Notes under the pieces: model-generated
The model's input: only the letters and a program-made list of their open reading frames with translations
Databases searched by the model: none
Told to the model about the DNA's origin: nothing
Shown: positions 11,358 through 20,865 of the stretch, in pieces
Position numbering within the stretch: position 1 is the first letter of the stretch
Layout of the letters: each line of letters starts with the position of its first letter
Position numbers and translations under genes: made by a program
Origin: Propionicimonas sp.
Lineage (GTDB): Bacteria > Actinomycetota > Actinomycetes > Propionibacteriales > Propionibacteriaceae
Direction: 5' to 3'
DNA: 56,859 bases
Assembly (NCBI GenBank): GCA_035349055.1
Contig: DAOPRQ010000002.1
Coordinates: 1,321-58,179 of the forward strand

Positions 11358-12992
11358 GTGGACGCCATCACCTTTGTACCCAAGCCCGTCAACGAGCCAG
11401 TTCTTTGCTACGCACCGGGCTCGCCCGAGCGCGCCGGCTTGAAGCAGACCCTCGCCACGATCGCGACCGAGCCGGTCGACGTCTTTCCGGTGATCGGTGG
11501 CGGCTGGACGCCGCGCGCTGACGCAGCCACGCTCGAGGTGCGCGCGCCGTCCGATCATTCGACCTTGTTGGCGCGGGTGCGCCAGGCCTCGGCCGCGGAC
11601 GCGTCGGCAGCCATCGCTGCCGCCATGGCCGCGCGGACGGCCTGGTCGGCGACTTCCTTCGACGAGCGTGCCGCGGTCTTCCTGCGGGCCGCCGAGCTGC
11701 TGGCCGGACCTCATCGCGACCTGCTGAACGCGGCCACGATGCTCGGCCAGGGCAAGACCGCCCAGCAGGCCGAGATCGATTCGGCCTGTGAGCTGATCGA
11801 CTTCCTGCGGTTCAACGTGGCGTTCGCCCGCGAGCTGTACACCAACCAGCCGATCAGCTCGCCGGGCGTCTGGAACCGCATGGACTACCGGCCGCTCGAC
11901 GGCTTCGTCTACGCCATCACCCCGTTCAACTTCACCGCGATCGCCGGCAACCTGCCCACCGCGCCGGCGCTGATGGGCAACACGGTGATCTGGAAGCCAG
12001 CGCTCACCCAGACCTTCGCCGCGCAGTTCTGGATGCAGCTGCTCACCGAGGCGGGGCTGCCCGAAGGCGTGATCAACATGCTGCCCGGCCACGGGGCCGA
12101 GGTCTCCGATGCCGCCTTGAACCACCACGATCTGGCGGGCATCCACTTCACCGGCTCGACCCGGGTCTTCCAGGGCCTGTGGACGCAGGTCGGCGCGAAC
12201 ATCGCCAACTACGGCGCCTACCCGCGCCTGGTCGGGGAGACCGGTGGCAAGGACTTCGTGGTCGCCCACCCGTCGGCCGATCCGGCTGCGGTGATCGCAG
12301 CGCTGGTGCGCGGTGCCTTCGAGTACTCCGGGCAGAAGTGCTCGGCAGCCTCCCGCGCCTACCTGCCGCAGAGCCTTTGGGACACGATCAAGGATGAGTT
12401 GATCGCCCAGGTGGAGGCGCTGACGGTGGGCGACGTCCGCGACTTCGCGAACTTCACCTCCGCGGTGATCGACGAACGGGCCTTCGACAAGCTGTCCGGT
12501 GCGATCGAGCGGGCCCGCAGCTCGGCGGACGCTGAGATCGTCGCCGGTGGCACCTACGACCGCAGCGAGGGCTGGTACGTGCGACCCACCCTGATCACGT
12601 CCGACAACCCGCACCAGGACATTTTCACCACCGAGTACTTCGGCCCGATCCTCGGCATCCACGTCTACCCGGACGCGAAGTACGATGAAGTACTTCAGCT
12701 GGTCGACGACACGTCCACCTATGCCCTCACCGGCGCGATCTTCGCCACCGATCGGACGGCGGTGGCAGCGGCGTCGACAGCCCTGCGACACGCCGCCGGC
12801 AACTTCTACGTAAACGACAAGCCGACCGGCGCGGTCGTCGGTCAGCAGCCCTTCGGTGGCTCGCGCGCGTCCGGGACGAACGACAAGGCGGGCTCGCTGT
12901 GGAACCTGATGCGCTGGGTCAGCCCGCGTTCGATCAAGGAGAACCTGCTGTCGCCGACCACGATCAGCTACCCGCACATGCTCCCCGAGTGA
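11358..12992 (+). CDS. pruA: L-glutamate gamma-semialdehyde (P5C) dehydrogenase
   Basis: EIDSACELIDFLRFN, ITPFNFTAI, FTGST, GETGGKDF, catalytic YSGQKCSA and NDKPTGAVVGQQPFGG. Confidence 0.95.
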   Translation: MDAITFVPKPVNEPVLCYAPGSPERAGLKQTLATIATEPVDVFPVIGGGWTPRADAATLEVRAPSDHSTLLARVRQASAADASAAIAAAMAARTAWSATSFDERAAVFLRAAELLAGPHRDLLNAATMLGQGKTAQQAEIDSACELIDFLRFNVAFARELYTNQPISSPGVWNRMDYRPLDGFVYAITPFNFTAIAGNLPTAPALMGNTVIWKPALTQTFAAQFWMQLLTEAGLPEGVINMLPGHGAEVSDAALNHHDLAGIHFTGSTRVFQGLWTQVGANIANYGAYPRLVGETGGKDFVVAHPSADPAAVIAALVRGAFEYSGQKCSAASRAYLPQSLWDTIKDELIAQVEALTVGDVRDFANFTSAVIDERAFDKLSGAIERARSSADAEIVAGGTYDRSEGWYVRPTLITSDNPHQDIFTTEYFGPILGIHVYPDAKYDEVLQLVDDTSTYALTGAIFATDRTAVAAASTALRHAAGNFYVNDKPTGAVVGQQPFGGSRASGTNDKAGSLWNLMRWVSPRSIKENLLSPTTISYPHMLPE

Positions 12993-12999
12993 GCCGGAA

Positions 13000-14394
13000 G
13001 TGAACCAGCTGCTTGATCCGGAGATCATCGAGGCCCTGCGCAGCGAGGTGCACGATGCGCTGCCGCGGGCGGTGGCGGAGTTGACCGACCTGGTCGCGAT
13101 CCCGTCCATCTCCTTCCCCGCGTTCGACCAGTCGCAACTCGTCCGCAGCGCGGAAGCGATCCGGGCTCTGGCTACTGCCACCGGGGTGTTCGACGAGGTC
13201 GCGGTGCATATCGCGGCGATCCCAGGAACGTCCAAGCATGGCCAGCCGGCCATCCTGGCTCGGCGGGCACCCGCTCCCGGGCGCAAGCATGTGCTGCTCT
13301 ACGCCCACCACGACGTGCAGCCGCCGGGTGCGGCGACGCTGTGGGACTCGCCGCCGTTCGTTGCTACCGAACGGAACGGTCGCCTCTACGGCCGTGGCGC
13401 CGCCGACGACAAGGGCGGCGTGATCGCCCATCTGGCTGCGTTGCGCGCGTTGCGGCAGGTGCTTGGCGATGACCTCGGCGGGCTCGGGGTGACGCTGTTC
13501 ATCGAGGGCGAGGAGGAGTACGGCTCGCAGTCGTTCGGGCAGTTCCTCTCCGACCACCGGGACGCGATGGCCGCCGACCTGATCGTGGTGGCCGACTCCG
13601 ACAACTGGAACGCGCAGACCCCGGGCATCACGGTCTCGCTTCGCGGGAACGTCCGATTCACCTTGAAGGTGCGGACGCTGGCGCACGCGCTGCACTCGGG
13701 CATGTTCGGTGGGGCGGTGCCGGACGCGATGCTGGCCACGATCCGGCTGCTCGACAGCCTGTGGGACGCCGATGGCGCGGTCTGCGTCGAGGGTCTGGCC
13801 ACCCGCGACGCGGCGACGCCGGCCCACACCGAAGCAGCATTGCGGGAATCGGCCGAACTGCTGCCCCAAACCCAGCCGATCGGCAGGGGAGAGCTGCTGG
13901 CCCGTATCTGGAACCAGCCGGCGATCACCGTAACCGGTATCGACTACGCAACCGTCGACGAAGCGTCCAACACCCTGCACCCGGAGGTCTCGGTGGTACT
14001 GAGCGCGCGAGTCGCGCCCGGTCAGGACCCGCACGAGGCGTATGCGGCGATCCAGGCGCACCTGCTGGCCAGGGCGCCGTTCGGTGCGCAACTGGAGTTC
14101 AGCGACCTCGACGCCGGCCTGGGCTTCCTGGCTGCCGAAGGCTGGGCAACCGAACTCGGCCGGGCAGCGCTGGCCGCAGCCTTCGGCGCCGAGCCGGTCG
14201 ACATCGGTGTGGGCGGCTCGATCCCGTTCATCTCCGAACTTGCCGCCGAATTCCCCGAAGCCGCGATTCTGGTCACTGGTGTGCTTGACCCGACCGCGAG
14301 CCCGCACAGCCCGAACGAATCCCTGCATCTGGGCACTTTCGAACACGCGATCCTCGCCGAGGCGCTGCTGCTGGCCGGGGTCGCGAAGGCCTGA
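13000..14394 (+). CDS. M20/M25/M40 family metallopeptidase (dipeptidase)
   Basis: LYAHHDVQP, YGRGAADDKGG, EGEEEYGS, LHSGMFGG, GGSIPF and HSPNES. Confidence 0.93.
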   Translation: MNQLLDPEIIEALRSEVHDALPRAVAELTDLVAIPSISFPAFDQSQLVRSAEAIRALATATGVFDEVAVHIAAIPGTSKHGQPAILARRAPAPGRKHVLLYAHHDVQPPGAATLWDSPPFVATERNGRLYGRGAADDKGGVIAHLAALRALRQVLGDDLGGLGVTLFIEGEEEYGSQSFGQFLSDHRDAMAADLIVVADSDNWNAQTPGITVSLRGNVRFTLKVRTLAHALHSGMFGGAVPDAMLATIRLLDSLWDADGAVCVEGLATRDAATPAHTEAALRESAELLPQTQPIGRGELLARIWNQPAITVTGIDYATVDEASNTLHPEVSVVLSARVAPGQDPHEAYAAIQAHLLARAPFGAQLEFSDLDAGLGFLAAEGWATELGRAALAAAFGAEPVDIGVGGSIPFISELAAEFPEAAILVTGVLDPTASPHSPNESLHLGTFEHAILAEALLLAGVAKA

Positions 14395-14433
14395 GCCTTG
14401 TGCCACCGTCATCCAGGCGTTTGCCGGGATCTC
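14391..14433. repeat. Second, degenerate copy of the CCACCGTCATCCCGGC...GCCGGGATCTC REP-like element
   Basis: CTGAGCCTTGTGCCACCGTCATCCAGGCGTTTGCCGGGATCTC aligns with 4903-4951. Confidence 0.75.
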
Positions 14434-14481
14434 TCCGAGCTAGTGGTGAATCTGGGCTAGATGAGGGCCAATTCCGGCACC

Positions 14482-14516
14482 TTGACAAAATAGAACAAGC
14501 GTTCGACGATGGCTGA
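14482..14516 (+). promoter_or_regulatory. SigA-type promoter with LexA (SOS) box for imuA'-imuB-dnaE2
   Basis: -35 TTGACA at 14482-14487, 17-nt spacer, -10 GACGAT at 14505-14510. SOS box TAGAACAAGCGTTCGA at 14491-14506. ATG lies 6 nt after the -10 (leaderless). Confidence 0.88.
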
Positions 14517-15203
14517 ATGACGCTGGCCATTGACCCGACTCGCGAGGCGCTCCTGCAGCGTCTGCGGGCGCAGGCGGAGGCGCCGGCGCGCAGCCGGGCG
14601 GAGCGTTGCCTTCCGGTGCCGGACGCTTTCGCCAAACTCCTGCCGGACGCTGGGCTCAAACAGGGGGCCACCTACTGCCTCGGGGTGGCCGGATCGCTGC
14701 TGACCGCATTGCTGTCCGAGCCTTCGCAGGCGGGTTCATGGTGCGGTGTGGTCGGTATGCCCGAGTTCGGGGTGGAGGCTGCCCAGGCCGCGGGGATCGC
14801 GCTCGACCGGCTGGTGCTGGTGCCGGATCCGGGCGATCAGTGGCTGGCCGTGACCGCGGCTCTGGCCGAGGTGCTGCCGGTGATCGCCGTCCGGCCCGGT
14901 GGCCGCGTCCGCGAAGGCGACGCCGCCCGGCTGACCGCCCGGCTGCGTGACCGGGGCGGCGTCCTGCTGGTGCACGGCGACTGGCCGCGGGCCGAGGCTC
15001 GGCTGCAGCTGGCGGAGCCGCGCTGGGCCGGGTTGGGGATTGGCCACGGCTGCCTCACCAGCCGGGAGGTGGTGGCCACCGCCACGTCCAAACGGTTCGC
15101 AGGGGTGCGCAGCGTGCGGCTCCGGTTACCGGATCCCCAGGGTCGGCTGGCCCTTGCGGCGCCAGTCGCCCCCGTTCCGGTCAGGCTGAAAGCGGCCGGC
15201 TGA
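14517..15203 (+). CDS. imuA: ImuA' (RecA-like mutasome accessory protein)
   Basis: LPVPDAFAKLLP, GSWCGVVG, GIALDRLVLVPDPG, RLTARLRDRG and WAGLGIGHG. First gene of the cassette. Confidence 0.85.
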   Translation: MTLAIDPTREALLQRLRAQAEAPARSRAERCLPVPDAFAKLLPDAGLKQGATYCLGVAGSLLTALLSEPSQAGSWCGVVGMPEFGVEAAQAAGIALDRLVLVPDPGDQWLAVTAALAEVLPVIAVRPGGRVREGDAARLTARLRDRGGVLLVHGDWPRAEARLQLAEPRWAGLGIGHGCLTSREVVATATSKRFAGVRSVRLRLPDPQGRLALAAPVAPVPVRLKAAG

Positions 15204-16792
15204 TGACTCCCAGGTCAGCTGATCGACCTCGGCCGGGCCAGTCCCAGCCGATCCTGAGCGGTGCGCAGCCGGCCCGTTGCCTGGTGCTCTGGTTCCCGGC
15301 CTGGTCGGTGCGTGCGTGGTCACTGGCAGAGGGGCAGCCGATCGATGTGCCGCTGGCCACGGTCGCGGCGAACCGGATCACCGCTTGTTCGGCTGCGGCG
15401 GTGGCCGAAGGCGTAGTGATCGGACAACGTCGCCGCGAGGCCCAATCGCGTTGCCCGACGCTGCAGGTGATCGCGTCCGACGAGGCCAGGGACGTCCGCG
15501 AGTTCGAGCCGGTGGTGGCATGCATCGAGGAGCTTTCGCCGGGGGTGCAGGTGCTGCGTCCGGGGCAGTGCGTCGTCCGCGCCCGCGGGCTGGCCAACTA
15601 CCTGGGCAGCGAGGCCGAGGCCGCCGAGACCCTGCTGGAAGCCGTGGTGACCAGGCTCGGCATCCCGGACGGACGGGTCGGCATAGCCGACGGCAGGTTC
15701 GCCGCCGCCCAGGCCGCTCGCGCCGGCAATCCGGTGCGGATCGTCCCAGCCGGAGAATCGGCCGGCTTCCTGGCGCCGCTGCCGATCAGCCGGCTCGCCG
15801 ATGAGGGCCTGTCCACCCTGTTGCCGCGACTCGGCGTCCATACCCTGGGCGACTTCGCCGCACTGTCCGCGGATTCGGTGCGCGACCGCTTCGGCACCCA
15901 GGGGCTGCGGCTGCACACCTTCGCGTCCGGCCTCGATCCCAGCACCGTCCAGCCCCGCACGCCACCCCCGGAACTAACCCGGCGGCTCCACTTCGAGCCG
16001 GCCCTGAACCTGGTCGAACAGGTCGCGTTCAGCGCTCGGGCCACCGCCGAGGATTTCATCGCCGGGCTGAACGCGGTCGGGCTGGTGTGTACCGAGCTCC
16101 GGGTGGAGCTGGTCGGCGAGCGGGATGAACTGGTGGCTCGGAACTGGCTGGCCGCCGGGGTGTTCGACGCCGGCGCGGTGATCGACCGGGTGCGTTGGCA
16201 GTTGCAGGCCGCAGCCGGACGCCAGCTCGGCAGTGGCGTGGTGAACCTGTTGCTCGAGCCGATCGTGGTGGATGCGCAGGGCTTCCACATGCCCGGGCTG
16301 TTCGGGTCCGGGCCGGACGAGCGGGTGCACCACGTGCTTTCCAGGGTGCAGGGCATGTTGGGGCACACCGGAGTGCTCACCGCAGAGGTCGGCGGTGGCC
16401 GCTGGTTGGCCGAACGCCAGGTGCTGGTGCCCTGGAGCGACCGGCCGCAGTCGGAAGCGCCCAGGCAGCGGCCCTGGCCGGGTCGGGTGCCCGACCCGCT
16501 ACCGGCCACGGTCTTCAGCGAGACCCGTCCGGTCCGGCTACTGGGCGGCAGCGGACGCCCGGTCGCACTGAACAGCAGGGGAGCGGTGACCGACCCGCCG
16601 GTCGCGCTTGAGGTCGAGGGCGGCCGCCGGACGGTGATCGGCTGGGCCGGTCCCTGGCCCATCGACGAGCGGCCCTGGGACGCCGACCGGCATCGGGTGG
16701 CCAACCGGTTCCAGGTGGTCGACGGCTCCGGGACGGCCTGGTTGTTGCTGCTGGACGAGCGTGGCTGGTGGGCTGAGGCCAGGTACGACTGA
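15203..16792 (+). CDS. imuB: ImuB, catalytically inactive Y-family polymerase homologue
   Basis: GQRRREAQSRCP, FEPVVACIEE, LGVHTLGDFA, PWPGRVPDPLPA and WAGPWPIDERPW. Catalytic acidic residues are absent. Confidence 0.9.
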   Translation: MTPRSADRPRPGQSQPILSGAQPARCLVLWFPAWSVRAWSLAEGQPIDVPLATVAANRITACSAAAVAEGVVIGQRRREAQSRCPTLQVIASDEARDVREFEPVVACIEELSPGVQVLRPGQCVVRARGLANYLGSEAEAAETLLEAVVTRLGIPDGRVGIADGRFAAAQAARAGNPVRIVPAGESAGFLAPLPISRLADEGLSTLLPRLGVHTLGDFAALSADSVRDRFGTQGLRLHTFASGLDPSTVQPRTPPPELTRRLHFEPALNLVEQVAFSARATAEDFIAGLNAVGLVCTELRVELVGERDELVARNWLAAGVFDAGAVIDRVRWQLQAAAGRQLGSGVVNLLLEPIVVDAQGFHMPGLFGSGPDERVHHVLSRVQGMLGHTGVLTAEVGGGRWLAERQVLVPWSDRPQSEAPRQRPWPGRVPDPLPATVFSETRPVRLLGGSGRPVALNSRGAVTDPPVALEVEGGRRTVIGWAGPWPIDERPWDADRHRVANRFQVVDGSGTAWLLLLDERGWWAEARYD

Positions 16793-19700
16793 TGGGGTTC
16801 AACAACCCGCCGATGACCTGGCGAACGCTGGAACGGACGCTCAGTGCCCCGGGTAGGACCGATGCCGGACAGGTCGAGGTGCCGACTTCGCACAAGCGTG
16901 GCCATTATGTGCCGCCGCCGATCGTCCGCCCCGACGGCGGCGTGCCGTATGCCGAACTGCACGCCCACTCTTCGTTCTCCTTCCTCGACGGGGCGTCTGG
17001 GCCGGCGCAGTTGGCCGAGGAGGCCGAACGGTTGGGGCTGCACGCGCTTGCGGTCACCGACCACGACGGGTTCTACGGCATCGTCCGCTTCGCCGAGGCT
17101 GCGGAGAGCATGCAGCTGAAGACGGTGTTCGGGGCCGAACTCTCATTGGAGCAATCGGCGGCGCGCACCGGGCAGGCCGATCCGGAGAGCACCCACCTGC
17201 TGGTGCTGGCCGCCGGCGAGGAGGGCTACCACCGGCTGGCGTCCGCGATCACCGCAGCGCAACTGGCCGGCGGGGAGAAAGGCCGGCCGTACTACCAGTT
17301 GGACGAGTTGGCCGAACGGGCCGAGGGCCACTGGGCGGTGCTGACCGGCTGCCGCAAGGGTGTCGTCCGCCAGGCGCTGGTCGACGACGGCCCGGCTGCC
17401 GCCGCCGCGGAACTGGACGAACTGGTGCACCTGTTCGGCGCAGAGCAGGTGTTCGTCGAGTTGACCGACCACGGCCGTCCGCTGGATTCGACGCACAACG
17501 ACGTACTCGCCGCGCTGGCCGCCGATCGGGGGCTGCCGACGATCGCCACCGGCAACGTCCACTTCGCCACGCCGGCGCAGCACCGGCTGGCCCAGGCGGT
17601 GGCAGCGGTGCGGGCCAATCGCAGCCTGGACGAACTCGACGGCTGGCTGCCGGCCGCCGGAACGGCGTTCCTGCGCTCGGGCGACGAGATGGCCGCCCGG
17701 TTCGTCCGCTATCCCGGCGCGGTCGCGCGCACCGTCAGTCTGGCCGACGCGCTGGCCTTCCCGCTGCGCCGGGCCAAGCCGGCACTGCCCAAGCAGGACG
17801 TGCCGGAAGGACACACGCCGATGAGCTGGCTGCGGCACCTGGTCTGGACGGCGGTGCCGGTGCGCTACCCGAAGCTGACCGAGCCGCAGCGGGAGCGGAT
17901 CGAACGGGAACTGGCTGTGATCGAGGCCAAGGACTTTCCCGGCTACTTCCTGATCGTCCACGACATCGTCGCCGAAGCCCGGCGGCTGGGCATCCTCTGC
18001 CAGGGACGGGGCTCGGCGGCGAATTCCGCGGTGTGCTACCTGCTGAACATCACCGCGGTGGATTCGATCGCCTACAACCTACCGTTCGAACGCTTCCTCT
18101 CCGCGCTGCGGGACGAGGAGCCGGACATCGACGTCGACTTCGACTCCGATCGGCGCGAGGAGATCATCCAGTGGGTCTTCGATCGCTACGGTCGCGAGCG
18201 GGCCGCGCAGGTCTGCAATGTGATCCAGTACCGGCCGAAGAACGCGATCCGCGACATCAGCAGGGCACTGGGCTACAGCCCCGGGCAGGGCGACGCCTTC
18301 GCCCGCCAGGTGGAGCGCTGGGGCTGGCTGACAACCGCGGAAGCAACCAATCGCGAACTGCCGGAGCCGGTGTTCGAGCTCGCCCAGCAGCTGATGGGGG
18401 CACCTAGGCACCTGGGCATCCATTCCGGAGGGATGGTGCTCACCGAGCGTCCGGTGGGTGAGGTGGTGCCGATCGAGCACGCCCGCATGGAAAAGCGGAC
18501 GGTGATCCAGTGGGACAAGGACGATGCCGCCTGGATGGGCCTGGTGAAATTCGACCTGCTCGGGCTGGGCATGCTGGCCGCCATTCAGCACTGCTTCAAC
18601 CTGATCCGCGACGCGACCGGTGAGGCCTGGGAGCTGGCGACCATTCCCAAGGAGGAGCCGGGCGTCTACGACATGCTCTGCCGGGCCGATTCGATCGGGG
18701 TGTTCCAGGTGGAGTCGCGCGCGCAGATGGGCCTGCTGCCCAGGCTGCAGCCCAGGCGGTTCTACGACCTGGTGATTCAGATCGCGCTGATCCGGCCAGG
18801 GCCGATCCAGGGCGGGGCGGTGCATCCGTTCGTCCGTCGGAAGCTGGGCCGCGAGCCGGTCACCTACCCTCACCCGCTGCTCGAACCGGTGTTGGCCCGC
18901 ACGCTGGGGGTGCCGGTCTTCCAGGAGCAGCTGATGCAGATGGCGATGGCGGTAGGGGAGTGCTCCGGTGAGGATGCCGACCTGCTGCGCCGGGCGATGG
19001 GTTCCAAGCGCGGGGTGGAGCGGATCGAGTCGCTGAAGGCCAAGCTCTATGCGGGAATGGCCCGCAACGGGCTGACCGGCAAGGCCGCCGACCAAATCTA
19101 CGCGCAGATTCAGGCCTTCGCGAACTTCGGTTTCGCCGAGTCGCATTCGCTCAGTTTCGCCCTGCTGGTCTATGCGTCCAGCTGGATCAAGCTGCACTAC
19201 CCGGCGGCATTCCTCGCCGGGTTGCTGCGCGCCCAGCCGATGGGTTTCTATTCCGCGTCCACCCTGACCTCGGACGCGCGCCGCCACGGCGTCCGGGTGC
19301 TGCGTCCCGACCTTGCCCGCTCCGGCGTGGACGCCGGCCTGGAACTCTCCGTCGCTCGGCCGGTTGAGCCTGTCGAGACCCCGTCCACTGGCCTAACCAG
19401 CTGCCTGAACCCGGAGCAGCCACCGGTCGGCGAGTTCGACCCCACAGCGCCGGACGAGTCCGTATCCCATCGCCGGGACACCAATTTCGCGGTGCGGCTC
19501 GGCCTGGCCGAGGTACGGGGAATCGGCAAGGACGTGGCCACCCGGATCGTCACTGAAAGGGAGGTGCACGGTGCCTACACCTCGATGCCGGACCTGGTCC
19601 GACGCACCGGGTTGGCGGTCGAGCAATTGGAGGCGCTGGCCGCGGCCGATACGTTCGCCAGCCTGGGCCTGACCCGGCGGCAGGCGTTGTGGCTGGCTGG

Positions 19701-20190
19701 TAGTGCCGCGCTGGACCAGCCCGATTCGCTACCCGGGACGCTGGTGGAGACCCAACCACCGCTGTTCGGCGAACCGACCCCGACCGAGGTGCTGGCCGAC
19801 GACCTGTGGGCGACCGGGGTGAGTACGACCTACCACCCGATCGGGCAATTGCGCGCTGAACTGAGCGCGCGCGGGGTGCTCAGCACTGCCGAGCTGGCCA
19901 CAGCTGAGCCGGGACGCCGGGTGCAGGTGGGAGGGCTGGTCACGCACCGGCAGCGGCCGGGAACGGCGTCCGGCATCACCTTCGTCAGCATCGAGGACGA
20001 GTTCGGTCTGCTCAACGTGGTCTGTTCCGTCGGCGTCTGGGGTCGCTACCGCCGGGTGGCGCGCTCGGCCCGCGCGCTGGTGGTTCGCGGCAAACTGGAG
20101 CGCTCACCCGAAGGCGTGGTCAACCTGCTGGCCGACCAGCTGGAAGACCTGCCCGTCCTGGTGCCGCACAAATCCCGCGACTTCCACTGA
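16792..20190 (+). CDS. dnaE2: Error-prone DNA polymerase DnaE2 (ImuC)
   Basis: YAELHAHSSFSFLDGAS, GRGSAANS, EPDIDVDF, GLVKFDLLGL and C-terminal SRDFH signature. Confidence 0.97.
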   Translation: MGFNNPPMTWRTLERTLSAPGRTDAGQVEVPTSHKRGHYVPPPIVRPDGGVPYAELHAHSSFSFLDGASGPAQLAEEAERLGLHALAVTDHDGFYGIVRFAEAAESMQLKTVFGAELSLEQSAARTGQADPESTHLLVLAAGEEGYHRLASAITAAQLAGGEKGRPYYQLDELAERAEGHWAVLTGCRKGVVRQALVDDGPAAAAAELDELVHLFGAEQVFVELTDHGRPLDSTHNDVLAALAADRGLPTIATGNVHFATPAQHRLAQAVAAVRANRSLDELDGWLPAAGTAFLRSGDEMAARFVRYPGAVARTVSLADALAFPLRRAKPALPKQDVPEGHTPMSWLRHLVWTAVPVRYPKLTEPQRERIERELAVIEAKDFPGYFLIVHDIVAEARRLGILCQGRGSAANSAVCYLLNITAVDSIAYNLPFERFLSALRDEEPDIDVDFDSDRREEIIQWVFDRYGRERAAQVCNVIQYRPKNAIRDISRALGYSPGQGDAFARQVERWGWLTTAEATNRELPEPVFELAQQLMGAPRHLGIHSGGMVLTERPVGEVVPIEHARMEKRTVIQWDKDDAAWMGLVKFDLLGLGMLAAIQHCFNLIRDATGEAWELATIPKEEPGVYDMLCRADSIGVFQVESRAQMGLLPRLQPRRFYDLVIQIALIRPGPIQGGAVHPFVRRKLGREPVTYPHPLLEPVLARTLGVPVFQEQLMQMAMAVGECSGEDADLLRRAMGSKRGVERIESLKAKLYAGMARNGLTGKAADQIYAQIQAFANFGFAESHSLSFALLVYASSWIKLHYPAAFLAGLLRAQPMGFYSASTLTSDARRHGVRVLRPDLARSGVDAGLELSVARPVEPVETPSTGLTSCLNPEQPPVGEFDPTAPDESVSHRRDTNFAVRLGLAEVRGIGKDVATRIVTEREVHGAYTSMPDLVRRTGLAVEQLEALAAADTFASLGLTRRQALWLAGSAALDQPDSLPGTLVETQPPLFGEPTPTEVLADDLWATGVSTTYHPIGQLRAELSARGVLSTAELATAEPGRRVQVGGLVTHRQRPGTASGITFVSIEDEFGLLNVVCSVGVWGRYRRVARSARALVVRGKLERSPEGVVNLLADQLEDLPVLVPHKSRDFH

Positions 20191-20196
20191 TCGGGC

Positions 20197-20249
20197 ATCG
20201 AAATGAGGGCTACGCGGGCGGAATCGGCGCTGATAACCCGCATTTTGAT
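20197..20249. terminator. Imperfect 16-bp inverted repeat between convergent dnaE2 and doc
   Basis: ATCGAAATGAGGGCTA ... TAACCCGCATTTTGAT, 13/16 match. Confidence 0.5.
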
Positions 20250-20254
20250 AGTCG

Positions 20255-20629
20255 CTACGCCGTGCGCCGCTTCCATTCGGCGAGTTGGGCAGCCACTTCG
20301 GGGTAGCTCGCGGCACCGCTGGCCACAGCGATCACCAGATCGTAGGCGGCATCGTCCGGGGCGTCCAGCGCAATGTCGTTGAGGCCGTAGAACACGACGA
20401 TCGCGAGCCAGCCGAGCCGCCTGTTCCCATCCGCCAGTGCGCGATTCCGGACCAGGGACTCAAGCAGCACCGCAGCCTTATCGTCCAACTCGGGATAAGC
20501 CTCGTTGCCGAAGACCGTAGCCCCGGGTCGATGGACTGCGGAGTCGAGCAAGCCGATGTCGCGGACGGGGCCGACGCCCAGTTCGTCGACCAGGAACAGC
20601 ACGTCCTCCAGGGAGAGGTGCTCGATCAC
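20255..20629 (-). CDS. Fic/Doc family toxin with a degenerate catalytic motif
   Basis: VRDIGLLDSAVHRP, FGNEAYP and KAAVLLESL, then NRALADGNRR where NHxxxDGNKR is expected. Confidence 0.85.
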   Translation of the reverse strand: MIEHLSLEDVLFLVDELGVGPVRDIGLLDSAVHRPGATVFGNEAYPELDDKAAVLLESLVRNRALADGNRRLGWLAIVVFYGLNDIALDAPDDAAYDLVIAVASGAASYPEVAAQLAEWKRRTA

Positions 20630-20829
20630 TTGCCCAGACGATCGAGCAGGTCGGCGTAGCGGTCCCGAGCAGCGGCGGACGACTCAGCAACGCGATCGCG
20701 GCGCAGCCGTCGCGCCGCTGCCTCGTGGATCGCGCGCACGGTTGCTTCCTGCCGGCTCACACCCTCGGACTCGGCGAGCAGGGCAAGCACTCGTTCGTCT
20801 TCAGCAGTGAGGCGTAGGGTCATGGCCAT
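20626..20829 (-). CDS. Ribbon-helix-helix (CopG-like) antitoxin
   Basis: MAMTLRLTAEDERVLALLAESEGVSRQEATVRAI...YADLLDRLGK. GTGA overlap with the toxin gene. Confidence 0.8.
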   Translation of the reverse strand: MAMTLRLTAEDERVLALLAESEGVSRQEATVRAIHEAAARRLRRDRVAESSAAARDRYADLLDRLGK

Positions 20830-20836
20830 GGCGCAA

Positions 20837-20855
20837 TGATACCAAAGTGGTATCA
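20837..20855. promoter_or_regulatory. Palindromic TA operator overlapping the -10 element
   Basis: Perfect inverted repeat TGATACCA-AAG-TGGTATCA. The minus strand has TATCAT 6 nt before ATG 20829. Confidence 0.75.
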
Positions 20856-20865
20856 AGCCCCTTCG

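Noticed and set aside
10509-20856. Prophage or ICE (Ku, mutasome, TA)
   Set aside because: No integrase, att repeats, tRNA target, or structural or conjugation genes. Housekeeping-type enzymes are interspersed.
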